In this document: piece after piece, positions 52,620 to 60,987 of the stretch
Layout: each line of letters opens with the position of its first letter
Position numbering within the stretch: the first letter of the stretch is position 1
From: Bacteroidota bacterium
GTDB taxonomy: Bacteria > Bacteroidota > Bacteroidia > B-17B0 > Aurantibacillaceae
DNA length: 64,000 nt
Direction: 5' to 3'
Assembly (NCBI GenBank): GCA_013287545.1
Contig: JABDDQ010000003.1
Location: forward strand, 33,064 to 97,063
Notes under the pieces: model-generated
The model's database searches: none
What the model saw: only the letters and a program-made list of their open reading frames with translations
Told to the model about the DNA's origin: nothing
Program-made: the position numbers and the translations under genes

Positions 52620-54158
52620 TTAAACTAATTTGGCGTGTTTAGCTGTATTTAGTTGTAGTACTCTGCTTGTTCTTTCTCTAATGCCTTCGCATAACTCACC
52701 ATTATTTACCAACGATTTTCCGTAAGAAGGAATCATTTCTTTTAATTTAGATTGCCACTCTTCTGTGTTTAGTTGGTCTTTAAAGCATTTTTTCAATAAA
52801 TCGAGCATAATAGATACTGCTGTAGATGCACCCGGTGAAGCCCCCAATAAAGCAGCAACCGAACCATCGGCCGAGCTTACTATTTCGGTACCAAACTCTA
52901 AAACCCCGCCATGGTCATGGTCTTTTTTAATAATTTGCACACGCTGTCCTGCTTCCTCTAATTTCCAATCATCTAATTTGGCAGTAGGTACAAATTTCTT
53001 CAAGGCTTCTAGCCTATCTTCTGGCGACTGGCGAACTTGTTCTATTAAATATTTTGTAAGCGGAATATTATGTATACCCACCGACATAATAGGTATAAGA
53101 TTATTTACTTGTAACGAATGCGGAAGGTCCATTAAAGAACCATGTTTTAAAAACTTAGTTGAAAAACCTGCGTACGGACCAAACAATAAAGCTTTTTTTC
53201 CATTAATAACACGGGTATCTAAATGCGGAACCGACATAGGAGGAGCACCAACCTCTGCCTTACCATATACTTTTGCCGCGTGCTGTTTTACTATCTCTTC
53301 GTTTTGGCAAATAAGCCATTGCCCACTTACCGGAAAACCGCCGTAGCCTTTAGCTTCAGGAATTTCTGTTTTTTCTAATAAAGGCAACGCACCACCTCCT
53401 GCACCAATAAACAAGAATTTAGTTTCTATAGTTTTTTTGGTGTGCGTTTTTAAATCTTTCATTTCAACTTCCCAATGCCCGTCTTTTCTTTGTTCTAAAA
53501 AACTAACCTCTTGGTTTAAATATAAACTAACATCAGACAGCGTTTCTAAATGCTTAAATAATAAACGGGTTAGTTCACCAAAGTTCATATCGGTACCAAG
53601 ATCCATGCGGGTAGCCGCTACTTTTTGATCTTTAGCGCGCCCTTGCATTATAAGTGGCATCCATTCGGTAAGTTGCTCCTTATTTTCTGAATAAACCATG
53701 CCCTTAAATAGCGGATGGTCTTTTAATACATCATATCTTTTTTTAAGATACGCTACATTTTCATCCCATACAAAACTCATGTGCGGTATAGAATTTATAA
53801 ACGCATGCGGGTCTTTTATATATCCTTTCTCTATTAAATACGACCAAAATTGTTTCGATGTTTCAAACGATTCAGCAATTTTAAAAGCCTTACTACCATC
53901 AACCGAACCATCTTCATGTTCAGGCGTGTAGTTTAACTCACAAAAGGCAGAATGCCCTGTACCTGCATTATTCCACGCATCGGAACTTTCGCCGGCAACT
54001 ATATCTAATCGTTCATATATTTCAATTTTTAAAGATGGGTGCAACTCTTTAAGCATAATGCCTAAAGTAGCGCTCATTATTCCGGCACCAATTAAAATTA
54101 CATCGGGGTGCGATGTGGGTGTATGATGTTTATGAAACAGATGTGCTATATGTGACAT
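52620..54158 (-). CDS. mqo: Malate:quinone oxidoreductase
   Basis: IGAGIMSATL, WNNAGTGHSAFCELNYTP, PPMSVPHLDTR, AGQRVQIIK, LLGASPGAS. Confidence 0.96.
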   Translation of the reverse strand: MSHIAHLFHKHHTPTSHPDVILIGAGIMSATLGIMLKELHPSLKIEIYERLDIVAGESSDAWNNAGTGHSAFCELNYTPEHEDGSVDGSKAFKIAESFETSKQFWSYLIEKGYIKDPHAFINSIPHMSFVWDENVAYLKKRYDVLKDHPLFKGMVYSENKEQLTEWMPLIMQGRAKDQKVAATRMDLGTDMNFGELTRLLFKHLETLSDVSLYLNQEVSFLEQRKDGHWEVEMKDLKTHTKKTIETKFLFIGAGGGALPLLEKTEIPEAKGYGGFPVSGQWLICQNEEIVKQHAAKVYGKAEVGAPPMSVPHLDTRVINGKKALLFGPYAGFSTKFLKHGSLMDLPHSLQVNNLIPIMSVGIHNIPLTKYLIEQVRQSPEDRLEALKKFVPTAKLDDWKLEEAGQRVQIIKKDHDHGGVLEFGTEIVSSADGSVAALLGASPGASTAVSIMLDLLKKCFKDQLNTEEWQSKLKEMIPSYGKSLVNNGELCEGIRERTSRVLQLNTAKHAKLV

Positions 54159-54285
54159 GTTTATTTAATTTAATTACTATTAACATAACAAATTTAGAGG
54201 TTTTTGGCTTATGCAAAAGCCTTTTTATTTTAAAAGCGGCAACAAAAAAGTTTAATTATATTTGTAGGTAAAATAGTTGCCCTAT

Positions 54286-54696
54286 ATGAAAAAGCTTGAA
54301 ATAGCAGCCCGAGACCAAACACCTTTGATAATTTTGGATAAAGAAAATTCTATTTTCGAGATACGTGGCTACTCTTATCCTGACGAGGCTCTTGAATTTT
54401 ATAGTGAGATAATAGACTGGTTTAAAGAATATATCAAAAACCCTAATACCGAAACAAAACTTATTCTTGATTTAATATATGTAAACTCTACATCCATAAA
54501 GTTTATTAATGAAATATTAAAAAAATTAGATGAATTATTTTTAACCGGAAAAACTGTTGCTATAGAATGGCTTTATATGGCCGACGACGAAGACATGCAA
54601 CAATTGGGCAGTGTTTTAAAAGATTTTCATAAAGTACCTGTTACTGTTTCTGTAAAAAAAAACAGTAAAGAAAACGGTAAGCAAAAAATGTTTTAA
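54286..54696 (+). CDS. siaC: SiaC / DUF1987 family phospho-switch protein
   Basis: TP.I..D, G.SYP....FY..I..W, Y.NSTS.K, I.W.Y..DDEDM...G; TATATTTG promoter element at 54257-54264. Confidence 0.85.
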   Translation: MKKLEIAARDQTPLIILDKENSIFEIRGYSYPDEALEFYSEIIDWFKEYIKNPNTETKLILDLIYVNSTSIKFINEILKKLDELFLTGKTVAIEWLYMADDEDMQQLGSVLKDFHKVPVTVSVKKNSKENGKQKMF

Positions 54697-54848
54697 TCTG
54701 TTTTTACTTTAAAATTAAGTTCAGCGGAGCATTTATGCTTCTAAACGTAACTAAGCTCTACTTTATCTAACATAGTAATTTCTTAAAATTGGCTTGGCTT
54801 ATAATTAATAGTCGTGCTGTATTTTCACCATGATTAACAACGGCGAAG

Positions 54849-55679
54849 ATGAATTATACTGAAGAAGAAATCACGTATACAGAATTACATACTGAGTATG
54901 TGAAACTGTACAAAAACAACAAAGGTCTTTTAGATAGCATGCACTATGCAGCCTTTGTTCAACAAGGCATTTTGCCGCAAGAACGGCATTTTAAAAGATT
55001 GTTTTCTGATTACTTCATCATGTATAAACCTCAAAGCATTATTGGTGGCGATTTATATTGGGTAGGGCAAAAAGGCAATTTAAAAATTTTTGCTGTTGGC
55101 GATTGTACCGGACATGGAATAAGTGGAGCCATGCTTTCCGTACTGGCACTTAGTTTTTTAAATTATATTGTTTTGGGTAAAGATTTTACTTTAATAGGTG
55201 AAGTGCTGGATGAAATGGATAAAAAATGGATTGAAACTTTTCAGCAAGGCATAGAGTTAGGTTATAACAACGATTGGATGGAAATAGGCATTGGTGCCTA
55301 TAATACAGAAACCAGAGAGTTACAATATGCAGGTGCTTTTAGTAAATTAACCTACATTGTAGAAGATGAATTGGTTGAACTGGTTGGCAACAAATATCCT
55401 ATAGGTGGCTGGCAATTAGAAAAAGAGCGAAAGTTTAAAACGCATCAAATAATTCTACCAAAAAACACTACGCTTTATCTTTCATCTGATGGTTTTAAAG
55501 ACCAGTTTGGTTATAAAACCGGTAAGCGATATGGCAGCAGACGATTAAAAGATTTTTTAAAACAGATAGTAAAACTCCCCATGTCAAATCAAAAAATAAT
55601 AGCGGAAAAAGAATTTATATCATGGAAGAGTATAGAAGAGCAAACAGATGATGTATGTTTAATGGGCATTAAACTTTAA
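54849..55679 (+). CDS. Stand-alone cytoplasmic SpoIIE/PP2C Ser/Thr phosphatase
   Basis: SMHYA..VQQGILP, GGDLYW, GDCTGHGISGA, SDGFKDQFG, QTDD; no TM or sensor domain. Confidence 0.9.
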   Translation: MNYTEEEITYTELHTEYVKLYKNNKGLLDSMHYAAFVQQGILPQERHFKRLFSDYFIMYKPQSIIGGDLYWVGQKGNLKIFAVGDCTGHGISGAMLSVLALSFLNYIVLGKDFTLIGEVLDEMDKKWIETFQQGIELGYNNDWMEIGIGAYNTETRELQYAGAFSKLTYIVEDELVELVGNKYPIGGWQLEKERKFKTHQIILPKNTTLYLSSDGFKDQFGYKTGKRYGSRRLKDFLKQIVKLPMSNQKIIAEKEFISWKSIEEQTDDVCLMGIKL

Positions 55680-55680
55680 A

Positions 55681-55935
55681 TTACTTCTTACTTTTTTCAG
55701 TAGAAACCGCTTCATAGTCTTTGGTAAATTTATCTAAAAAACAATCCGGTTTAAGCGTATAAACACCTTTATATTTACTTTCAAAAAAAATAGCAACATC
55801 CCAGGTGCCGGTATCTTTTTTATAAGCCGTAACTCTACTAACTACTTTTATCTTTCCTTTTTTAGTATGCTTTACTTTTCTTCCAATCAAATCATAAAAC
55901 CCAGTTGCTTTATGAATAGCGTGTTCTAAGGTCAT
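55681..55935 (-). CDS. Small basic hypothetical protein, possibly DUF1653-like SH3 barrel
   Basis: 84 aa, ATG with A/T-rich context; pattern H.K.G...V...A......V..F......Y.....F..KF loosely resembles DUF1653. Confidence 0.5.
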   Translation of the reverse strand: MTLEHAIHKATGFYDLIGRKVKHTKKGKIKVVSRVTAYKKDTGTWDVAIFFESKYKGVYTLKPDCFLDKFTKDYEAVSTEKSKK

Positions 55936-56078
55936 GTTAAAAAAATATTGAATTAAACATCCATTAATCTAAACGCGGTTAGGAGGGATTCTCCATAGGA
56001 TGTTCACCATTAGATTTAGCGAAAATAAATTGAATTATCTACTTCCAATGTTAAGTTTTTTGGGTAGAAAATAAGTGC

Positions 56079-56228
56079 TTTACATTTTATTAACAATAGC
56101 TTAAAAGGGGTGTAACATGTAACTACAGCCAAGCACGTAACTTTACTACAATGAATTTTTAATGTAATTAACACCCCATTGTTTACAGAAACTATTTTCT
56201 TAACACAGGCTTTAAATTGAGTTTAACT
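56079..56228 (+). promoter_or_regulatory. Tandem TTAACA-like boxes with 11-bp period (candidate PhoB/OmpR-family binding array)
   Basis: TTTACA 56079, TTAACA 56090, TTAAAA 56101, GTAACA 56112; second set TTAACA 56200, TTAAAT 56212, TTAACT 56223. Confidence 0.55.
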
Positions 56229-56263
56229 CTGTACTATTTCTTTGTTATAATAAAAAAACAACC

Positions 56264-56374
56264 ATGACAAAACCAACAAAAAAACCTATCCAAAATTTCC
56301 TTTATATATGCGAATGCATTATGCTTCGTGTATTTATTTTCTGCTCTTTTTCTAAAAAACAATATCATGGCTAA
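56264..56374 (+). CDS. Candidate unannotated 36-aa small protein / leader ORF
   Basis: MTKPTKKPIQNFLYICECIMLRVFIFCSFSKKQYHG*; ATG preceded by taaaaaaacaacc; its stop overlaps the next start (ATGGCTAA). Confidence 0.4.
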   Translation: MTKPTKKPIQNFLYICECIMLRVFIFCSFSKKQYHG

Positions 56375-57218
56375 AAAAAGAAAAGTAAAAGTAGCCGTAT
56401 TATCTGATGTTCATTTAGGAACCTACGGAAGCCATGCTACTGAAATGCTACGCTACTTAAAATCTATAAAACCCGAAGTACTAATTTTAAACGGTGACAT
56501 TATAGATATATGGCAGTTTAGTAAACGCTACTGGCCAAAATCGCATATGCAGGTTATTAAACATATTACAAAGTTACTTGCCAAAGGGACTAAAGTATAT
56601 TATGTTACCGGTAATCACGATGAGTTGCTGCGAAAATTTGTAGGTTTTCGCTTGGGTAAATTAAAAATAGTAAACAAAGTACTTTTAAATTTAGACGGTA
56701 AAAAAGCATGGATTTTTCATGGCGATGTATTTGACGTTACCATGCAGTATTCTAAATGGCTTACCAAACTGGGTGCACATAGTTACGATGCACTTATTAT
56801 ACTTAATAGGGTTGTAAATTTCTTTTCGGTTAAGCTGGGTTACGGTAAACTATCTTTATCTAAAAAAATAAAAAACAACGTAAAAACTGCCGTAAAGTTT
56901 ATCAATAAGTTTGAAGATACAGTGGCGGATATTGGCATTGCAAATGGATATGATTATGCCGTTTGTGGCCACATACACCATCCTGAAATACGGCAAATAA
57001 AAACCAATAAAGGAGAAATCACTTATCTAAATTCAGGCGATTGGGTAGAAAATTTAACCGCGCTTGAATACAACGATAAAGCATGGACACTTTACAAGTA
57101 CCAAGATGACCCAGTTGCACAAAACATAAAATTAAAAGAAGATAACAATGCTTACTTAAGTTCAGAACAGCTTTTTGAAAACATGCTGAGTGAATTTAAA
57201 ATTAACCCCGCCACCTGA
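56367..57218 (+). CDS. plcP: PlcP-type metallophosphoesterase (intracellular phospholipase C; often annotated as UDP-2,3-diacylglucosamine diphosphatase)
   Basis: LSDVHLG, NGDIIDIW, YWPKSH, GTKVYYVTGNHDE.LR, HGDVFD, SLSKKIK..VK.AV.FI..FE, CGHIH, YLNSGDWVE. Confidence 0.75.
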   Translation: MAKKRKVKVAVLSDVHLGTYGSHATEMLRYLKSIKPEVLILNGDIIDIWQFSKRYWPKSHMQVIKHITKLLAKGTKVYYVTGNHDELLRKFVGFRLGKLKIVNKVLLNLDGKKAWIFHGDVFDVTMQYSKWLTKLGAHSYDALIILNRVVNFFSVKLGYGKLSLSKKIKNNVKTAVKFINKFEDTVADIGIANGYDYAVCGHIHHPEIRQIKTNKGEITYLNSGDWVENLTALEYNDKAWTLYKYQDDPVAQNIKLKEDNNAYLSSEQLFENMLSEFKINPAT

Positions 57219-58237
57219 TGAAAATATTATATGCTGTGCAGGCCACAGGCAATGGGCATTTGAGTCGTGCCATAGAAATAATTCCTCATCTTAAAAAATT
57301 TGGCAAAACAGATATTTTAGTTAGCGGCATACAAGCTGATATTGAATTACCTTTTGATGTAAAATATAAATTTAAAGGCCTGAGTTTTGTATTTGGCAAA
57401 AAAGGTGGCATTGATTATTTCAAAACCTACATGAAAAGCAATACGTTTCGTTTAATGAACGAAATAAGAAAATTACCAATTGAAGAATATGACTTAGTAA
57501 TTAATGATTTTGAACCTGTATCTGCCTGGGCAGCTAACGTAAAAAAATTGCCCTGCATTGCTTTAAGCAACCAATGTGCTACCCTATCTCCAAGAGTTCC
57601 TCAACCTAAGCATAAAGACCCACTGGGTGTTTTTGTACTAAAACATTATGCCCCCTCAACCTCACAATACGGTTTTCAGTTTAAAAATTTCGCCGAAAAT
57701 ATTTTTACACCTGTAATACGAAAAGAAGTACGTGAATTAGATGTAACAGATAAAGGTCATTACACCGTTTATTTACCTGCTTATGATGATGAGCGGTTAT
57801 TAAAAAATCTAACTCGTTTTAAGGATGTGAAATGGGAGGTGTTCTCTAAACACAATAAAAACGCATCTAAGCATAAAAACGTTAACATATACCCCATCAA
57901 TCAAAAAGCGTTTTTAAAAAGCTTATCTTCTTGCACAGGCACTTTATGTGCAGCAGGTTTCGGGGCTACATCTGAAGCGTTGTTTTTAAAAAAGAAACTA
58001 TTGGTTATACCCATGAAAGCCCAGTACGAGCAAATTTGTAATGCAACCGTTTTAAAAACAATGGATGTACCGGTTATGAAAAGTCTTAAGAAAAAACATG
58101 CAGATGTAATTGAAAAATGGCTTAACAAAGGCAAAATTATTGATGTAAATTACCCTGATATTACGGCTTCTATTTTAGAAAAAATAGTAGATACACATGC
58201 CGGTAAAGAAAATAATAATTTCACCTTTTCACACTAA
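57218..58237 (+). CDS. GT-B glycosyltransferase, MJ1255/VC2487 (Glyco_trans_1_3) family
   Basis: MKILYAVQATGNGHLSRA, DLVINDFEP.SAWA, AGF...SEAL...K.L..PM..QYEQ..NA; TGATG overlap with the upstream gene. Confidence 0.85.
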   Translation: MKILYAVQATGNGHLSRAIEIIPHLKKFGKTDILVSGIQADIELPFDVKYKFKGLSFVFGKKGGIDYFKTYMKSNTFRLMNEIRKLPIEEYDLVINDFEPVSAWAANVKKLPCIALSNQCATLSPRVPQPKHKDPLGVFVLKHYAPSTSQYGFQFKNFAENIFTPVIRKEVRELDVTDKGHYTVYLPAYDDERLLKNLTRFKDVKWEVFSKHNKNASKHKNVNIYPINQKAFLKSLSSCTGTLCAAGFGATSEALFLKKKLLVIPMKAQYEQICNATVLKTMDVPVMKSLKKKHADVIEKWLNKGKIIDVNYPDITASILEKIVDTHAGKENNNFTFSH

Positions 58238-58249
58238 ACATATACTCCC

Positions 58250-59614
58250 TTGCAACTTAACAGTAAAGATTTTGGCAAAGATTTTATTTGGGGTGTTTCT
58301 ACATCTGCCTATCAAACAGAAGGAGCTCATACTACCGACCATAAGGGCTTATCTATATGGGATGAATTTTCTACCAGGAAAAATGCCATCGCAAATAACC
58401 ATCATGGCAATGTAGCTTGTAATTTTTATGAGCACTATAGTAACGACCTAAAGCTAATGAGCAGCTTAGGCATTAAAAATTTCCGTTTTTCTATTTCATG
58501 GTCACGTATATTGCCTTATGGCAGAGGTTTAGTAAACCTAAAAGGAATTGATTTTTATAACAAGCTAATTAATGAATGCTTAAAATATGGCATTACACCT
58601 TGGGTAACACTTTATCATTGGGATCTCCCTTTAGAATTAGAAAAACAAGGTGGCTGGACTAACCGCGATATTGTTGGATGGTTTACTGATTATGTAGAAA
58701 TTTGTGTAACCAAATTTGGCGACCGCGTTAAAAACTGGATGGTGCTAAACGAGCCTTTGGTGTTTACAGGTGCAGGTTATTTTTTAGGCATACATGCCCC
58801 GGGCAGAAAAGGTTTAGCTAATTTTTTAGCAGCCACGCATCACGTAACACTTTGTCAGGCTGAAGGAGCAAGGGTGATAAAAAACATTTACCCCAACGCA
58901 AATATAGGCACCACTTTTTCATGTTCGCATATTGAGCCTTACAGGTTAAACAATAAAGATATAGAAGCCGCACGCCGTATAGATGTTTTAGTAAATCGTT
59001 TGTTTATTGAACCGGCTTTAGGCATGGGTTATCCTTTCAAAAAAATTCCATTAATTAACCGCATTGAAAAATACATGAAAGCGGATGATGAAAAATTATT
59101 GGCTTTTGATTTCGATTTTATAGGCATACAAAACTATACACGCGAAATTGTGAAACATTCTTTTTTCACTCCTTTTATTAAAGCATCTGTTGTTAAGGCA
59201 GAAAAAAGAAATGTACCGCTTACAGCTATGAACTGGGAAATTTATCCGGAAGGAATTTATCATCTTTTAAAAATGTATAATGAGTATGCCGGCATAAAAA
59301 AAATTATTATTACCGAAAACGGAGCTGCCTTTCATGATGAAGTAATTGATGGAAAAGTAAATGATAGTTATCGCATCAATTTTTATAACAATTACCTGCA
59401 ACAAGTTTTAAAGGCAAAAAAAGAAGGGGTAAAAGTAGAAGGTTATTTTAGCTGGAGTTTTACTGATAATTTTGAATGGGCCGAAGGTTATCGTCCACGT
59501 TTCGGACTTGTGTATATTGATTTTGAAACTCAGCAAAGAGTGTTAAAAGAATCTGCACACTGGTTTAAACGATTTTTAGCGGTAGCACATAAAGTTGCCG
59601 AAATGCAACCGTAA
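58250..59614 (+). CDS. Cytoplasmic GH1 beta-glucosidase / beta-glycosidase
   Basis: F.WGVSTSAYQ.EG, RFSISWSRI, TLYHWDLP, LNEP (acid/base), ITENG (nucleophile), DNFEWAEG, RFGL; no signal peptide; TTG start. Confidence 0.93.
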   Translation: MQLNSKDFGKDFIWGVSTSAYQTEGAHTTDHKGLSIWDEFSTRKNAIANNHHGNVACNFYEHYSNDLKLMSSLGIKNFRFSISWSRILPYGRGLVNLKGIDFYNKLINECLKYGITPWVTLYHWDLPLELEKQGGWTNRDIVGWFTDYVEICVTKFGDRVKNWMVLNEPLVFTGAGYFLGIHAPGRKGLANFLAATHHVTLCQAEGARVIKNIYPNANIGTTFSCSHIEPYRLNNKDIEAARRIDVLVNRLFIEPALGMGYPFKKIPLINRIEKYMKADDEKLLAFDFDFIGIQNYTREIVKHSFFTPFIKASVVKAEKRNVPLTAMNWEIYPEGIYHLLKMYNEYAGIKKIIITENGAAFHDEVIDGKVNDSYRINFYNNYLQQVLKAKKEGVKVEGYFSWSFTDNFEWAEGYRPRFGLVYIDFETQQRVLKESAHWFKRFLAVAHKVAEMQP

Positions 59615-59717
59615 TGGCTTATCTCAATACAACTAATAACTTACTTTTTATCATCATTTTTTTTTACCTAAACCTTTTTATTCTTAATTTTTTCTATATT
59701 TAACAGAATAATTTAAG

Positions 59718-60113
59718 ATGCAGGTACCCGATAATTGCCAGATATATGATTTAACCTGTTATTGGACTTGGATGGGTTCAGATGGCATTGGACGTACCAA
59801 AGTAAAACCACGAGCAGAAGTAACGATAACAGAATCTATGGAAAATTCTGCTGCTGTAAATAGATTATACACAACCAAAAAATTTCCGTTATTAATTGAC
59901 GCTCGGAATATAAAATCAATAAGTAAAGAAGCCAGAGATTTTTTTTCTATTCAAAATCGTTCTACCAATATTAATTCTTTTGCCGTAATTATAGATTCAC
60001 CTTTAAGCCGTATTATAGGTAATTTTTTTATGGGTTTAAATAAACCCAGTGTTCCTGCCAAACTTTTTAATAACGAACAAGATGCCATTATGTGGCTAAA
60101 ACAATATTTGTAA
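59718..60113 (+). CDS. STAS/SEC14 (SpoIIAA-like) single-domain protein
   Basis: PLLIDAR...ISKEAR.FF, A..I.S.LSRII.NFF......P.K.F.....A..WL. Confidence 0.75.
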   Translation: MQVPDNCQIYDLTCYWTWMGSDGIGRTKVKPRAEVTITESMENSAAVNRLYTTKKFPLLIDARNIKSISKEARDFFSIQNRSTNINSFAVIIDSPLSRIIGNFFMGLNKPSVPAKLFNNEQDAIMWLKQYL

Positions 60114-60118
60114 GGAGT

Positions 60119-60907
60119 ATGTCGTCAAATGAAATAGAAACAGATTCTGCTAAAATAAGGAGCGAGAAAATTCTTGAAGTAATTATGAGTTATGCTCGCC
60201 TTGATTTTAGTGAAAAAACTATTATAAGTGATAAAGCAGATGTATACGATGCCATTGGTGCCGGAGTTAACATGCTTGGCGAAGAGCTAAAAAGTTCGGT
60301 TGTATCGTTACGAGAAAAAGAACAATTATTACGCGAGATACATCACCGCGTAAAAAACAATATGCAAATAATTTCAAGCTTACTTAATTTACAAACACAC
60401 AACGTAAAAGATAGAGATTTTCTATCCCTAATAACCGAAAGTAGAAACAGAATTAATTCGATGGCGCTTGTACATGAAATGTTATATGCTACCACTGATT
60501 TTAGTAAAATAAATTTCAAAGACTATACAACTACCCTATGCAAAAGCATTTACCAATCGTATAAAAAACCAGATATGAAGATAAATTTCTTTATTCATAT
60601 ACCTGTCAATATTTCTTTAGAAATAGATACCATGATACATTTGGGGATGATTTTAAATGAAATAATAAGTAATTCATTAAAGTATGCCTTTGATACTAAT
60701 GAAGGAACTATTTCTGTTTTATTAAACCAAATGAATTCTAAATATTTCCTTTCTGTTGAAGATGATGGCAAAGGACTGCCCTTAGGTTTTAATCAAGAAA
60801 AAGATGGCAATCTTGGCATGCAGCTTATTCATATGCTAACGGAACAGCTTAATGGTAGTATGAAAATGGAAAGCTCAAGTGGAGTTATATACAAGATAGA
60901 ATTTTAG
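60119..60907 (+). CDS. Soluble HisKA_2-family histidine kinase with HAMP-like N-terminus
   Basis: [14 protein letters not shown] (H box), NE..SNSLKYA, DDGKG, LGM; N-terminal DFS.......D..DAI..GVNML.EEL; no TM. Confidence 0.88.
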   Translation: MSSNEIETDSAKIRSEKILEVIMSYARLDFSEKTIISDKADVYDAIGAGVNMLGEELKSSVVSLREKEQLLREIHHRVKNNMQIISSLLNLQTHNVKDRDFLSLITESRNRINSMALVHEMLYATTDFSKINFKDYTTTLCKSIYQSYKKPDMKINFFIHIPVNISLEIDTMIHLGMILNEIISNSLKYAFDTNEGTISVLLNQMNSKYFLSVEDDGKGLPLGFNQEKDGNLGMQLIHMLTEQLNGSMKMESSSGVIYKIEF

Positions 60908-60987
60908 GTTATTATTTTATTTAAGTCTAATAAGTTTGCTCATCCCAATATAAGGCCGTACTTTTCCTCTCTTTAAAAAAAATAACT

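Noticed and set aside
55956-56016. Assignment of the pseudoknot-like element to HDV-like ribozyme, SAM-II or preQ1 classes
   Set aside because: The topology is loosely similar, but the required junction lengths and conserved nucleotides are absent; kept only as an unclassified candidate.
56367-57218. Calling this gene a second lipid A biosynthesis lpxH
   Set aside because: A typical Bacteroidota lpxH is already present at 2627-3388; motifs and glycosyltransferase linkage fit PlcP better.
60112-60117. AAGGAG Shine-Dalgarno-like sequence before the histidine kinase
   Set aside because: Only 1 nt from the ATG, too close to function, and Bacteroidota rarely use SD pairing.
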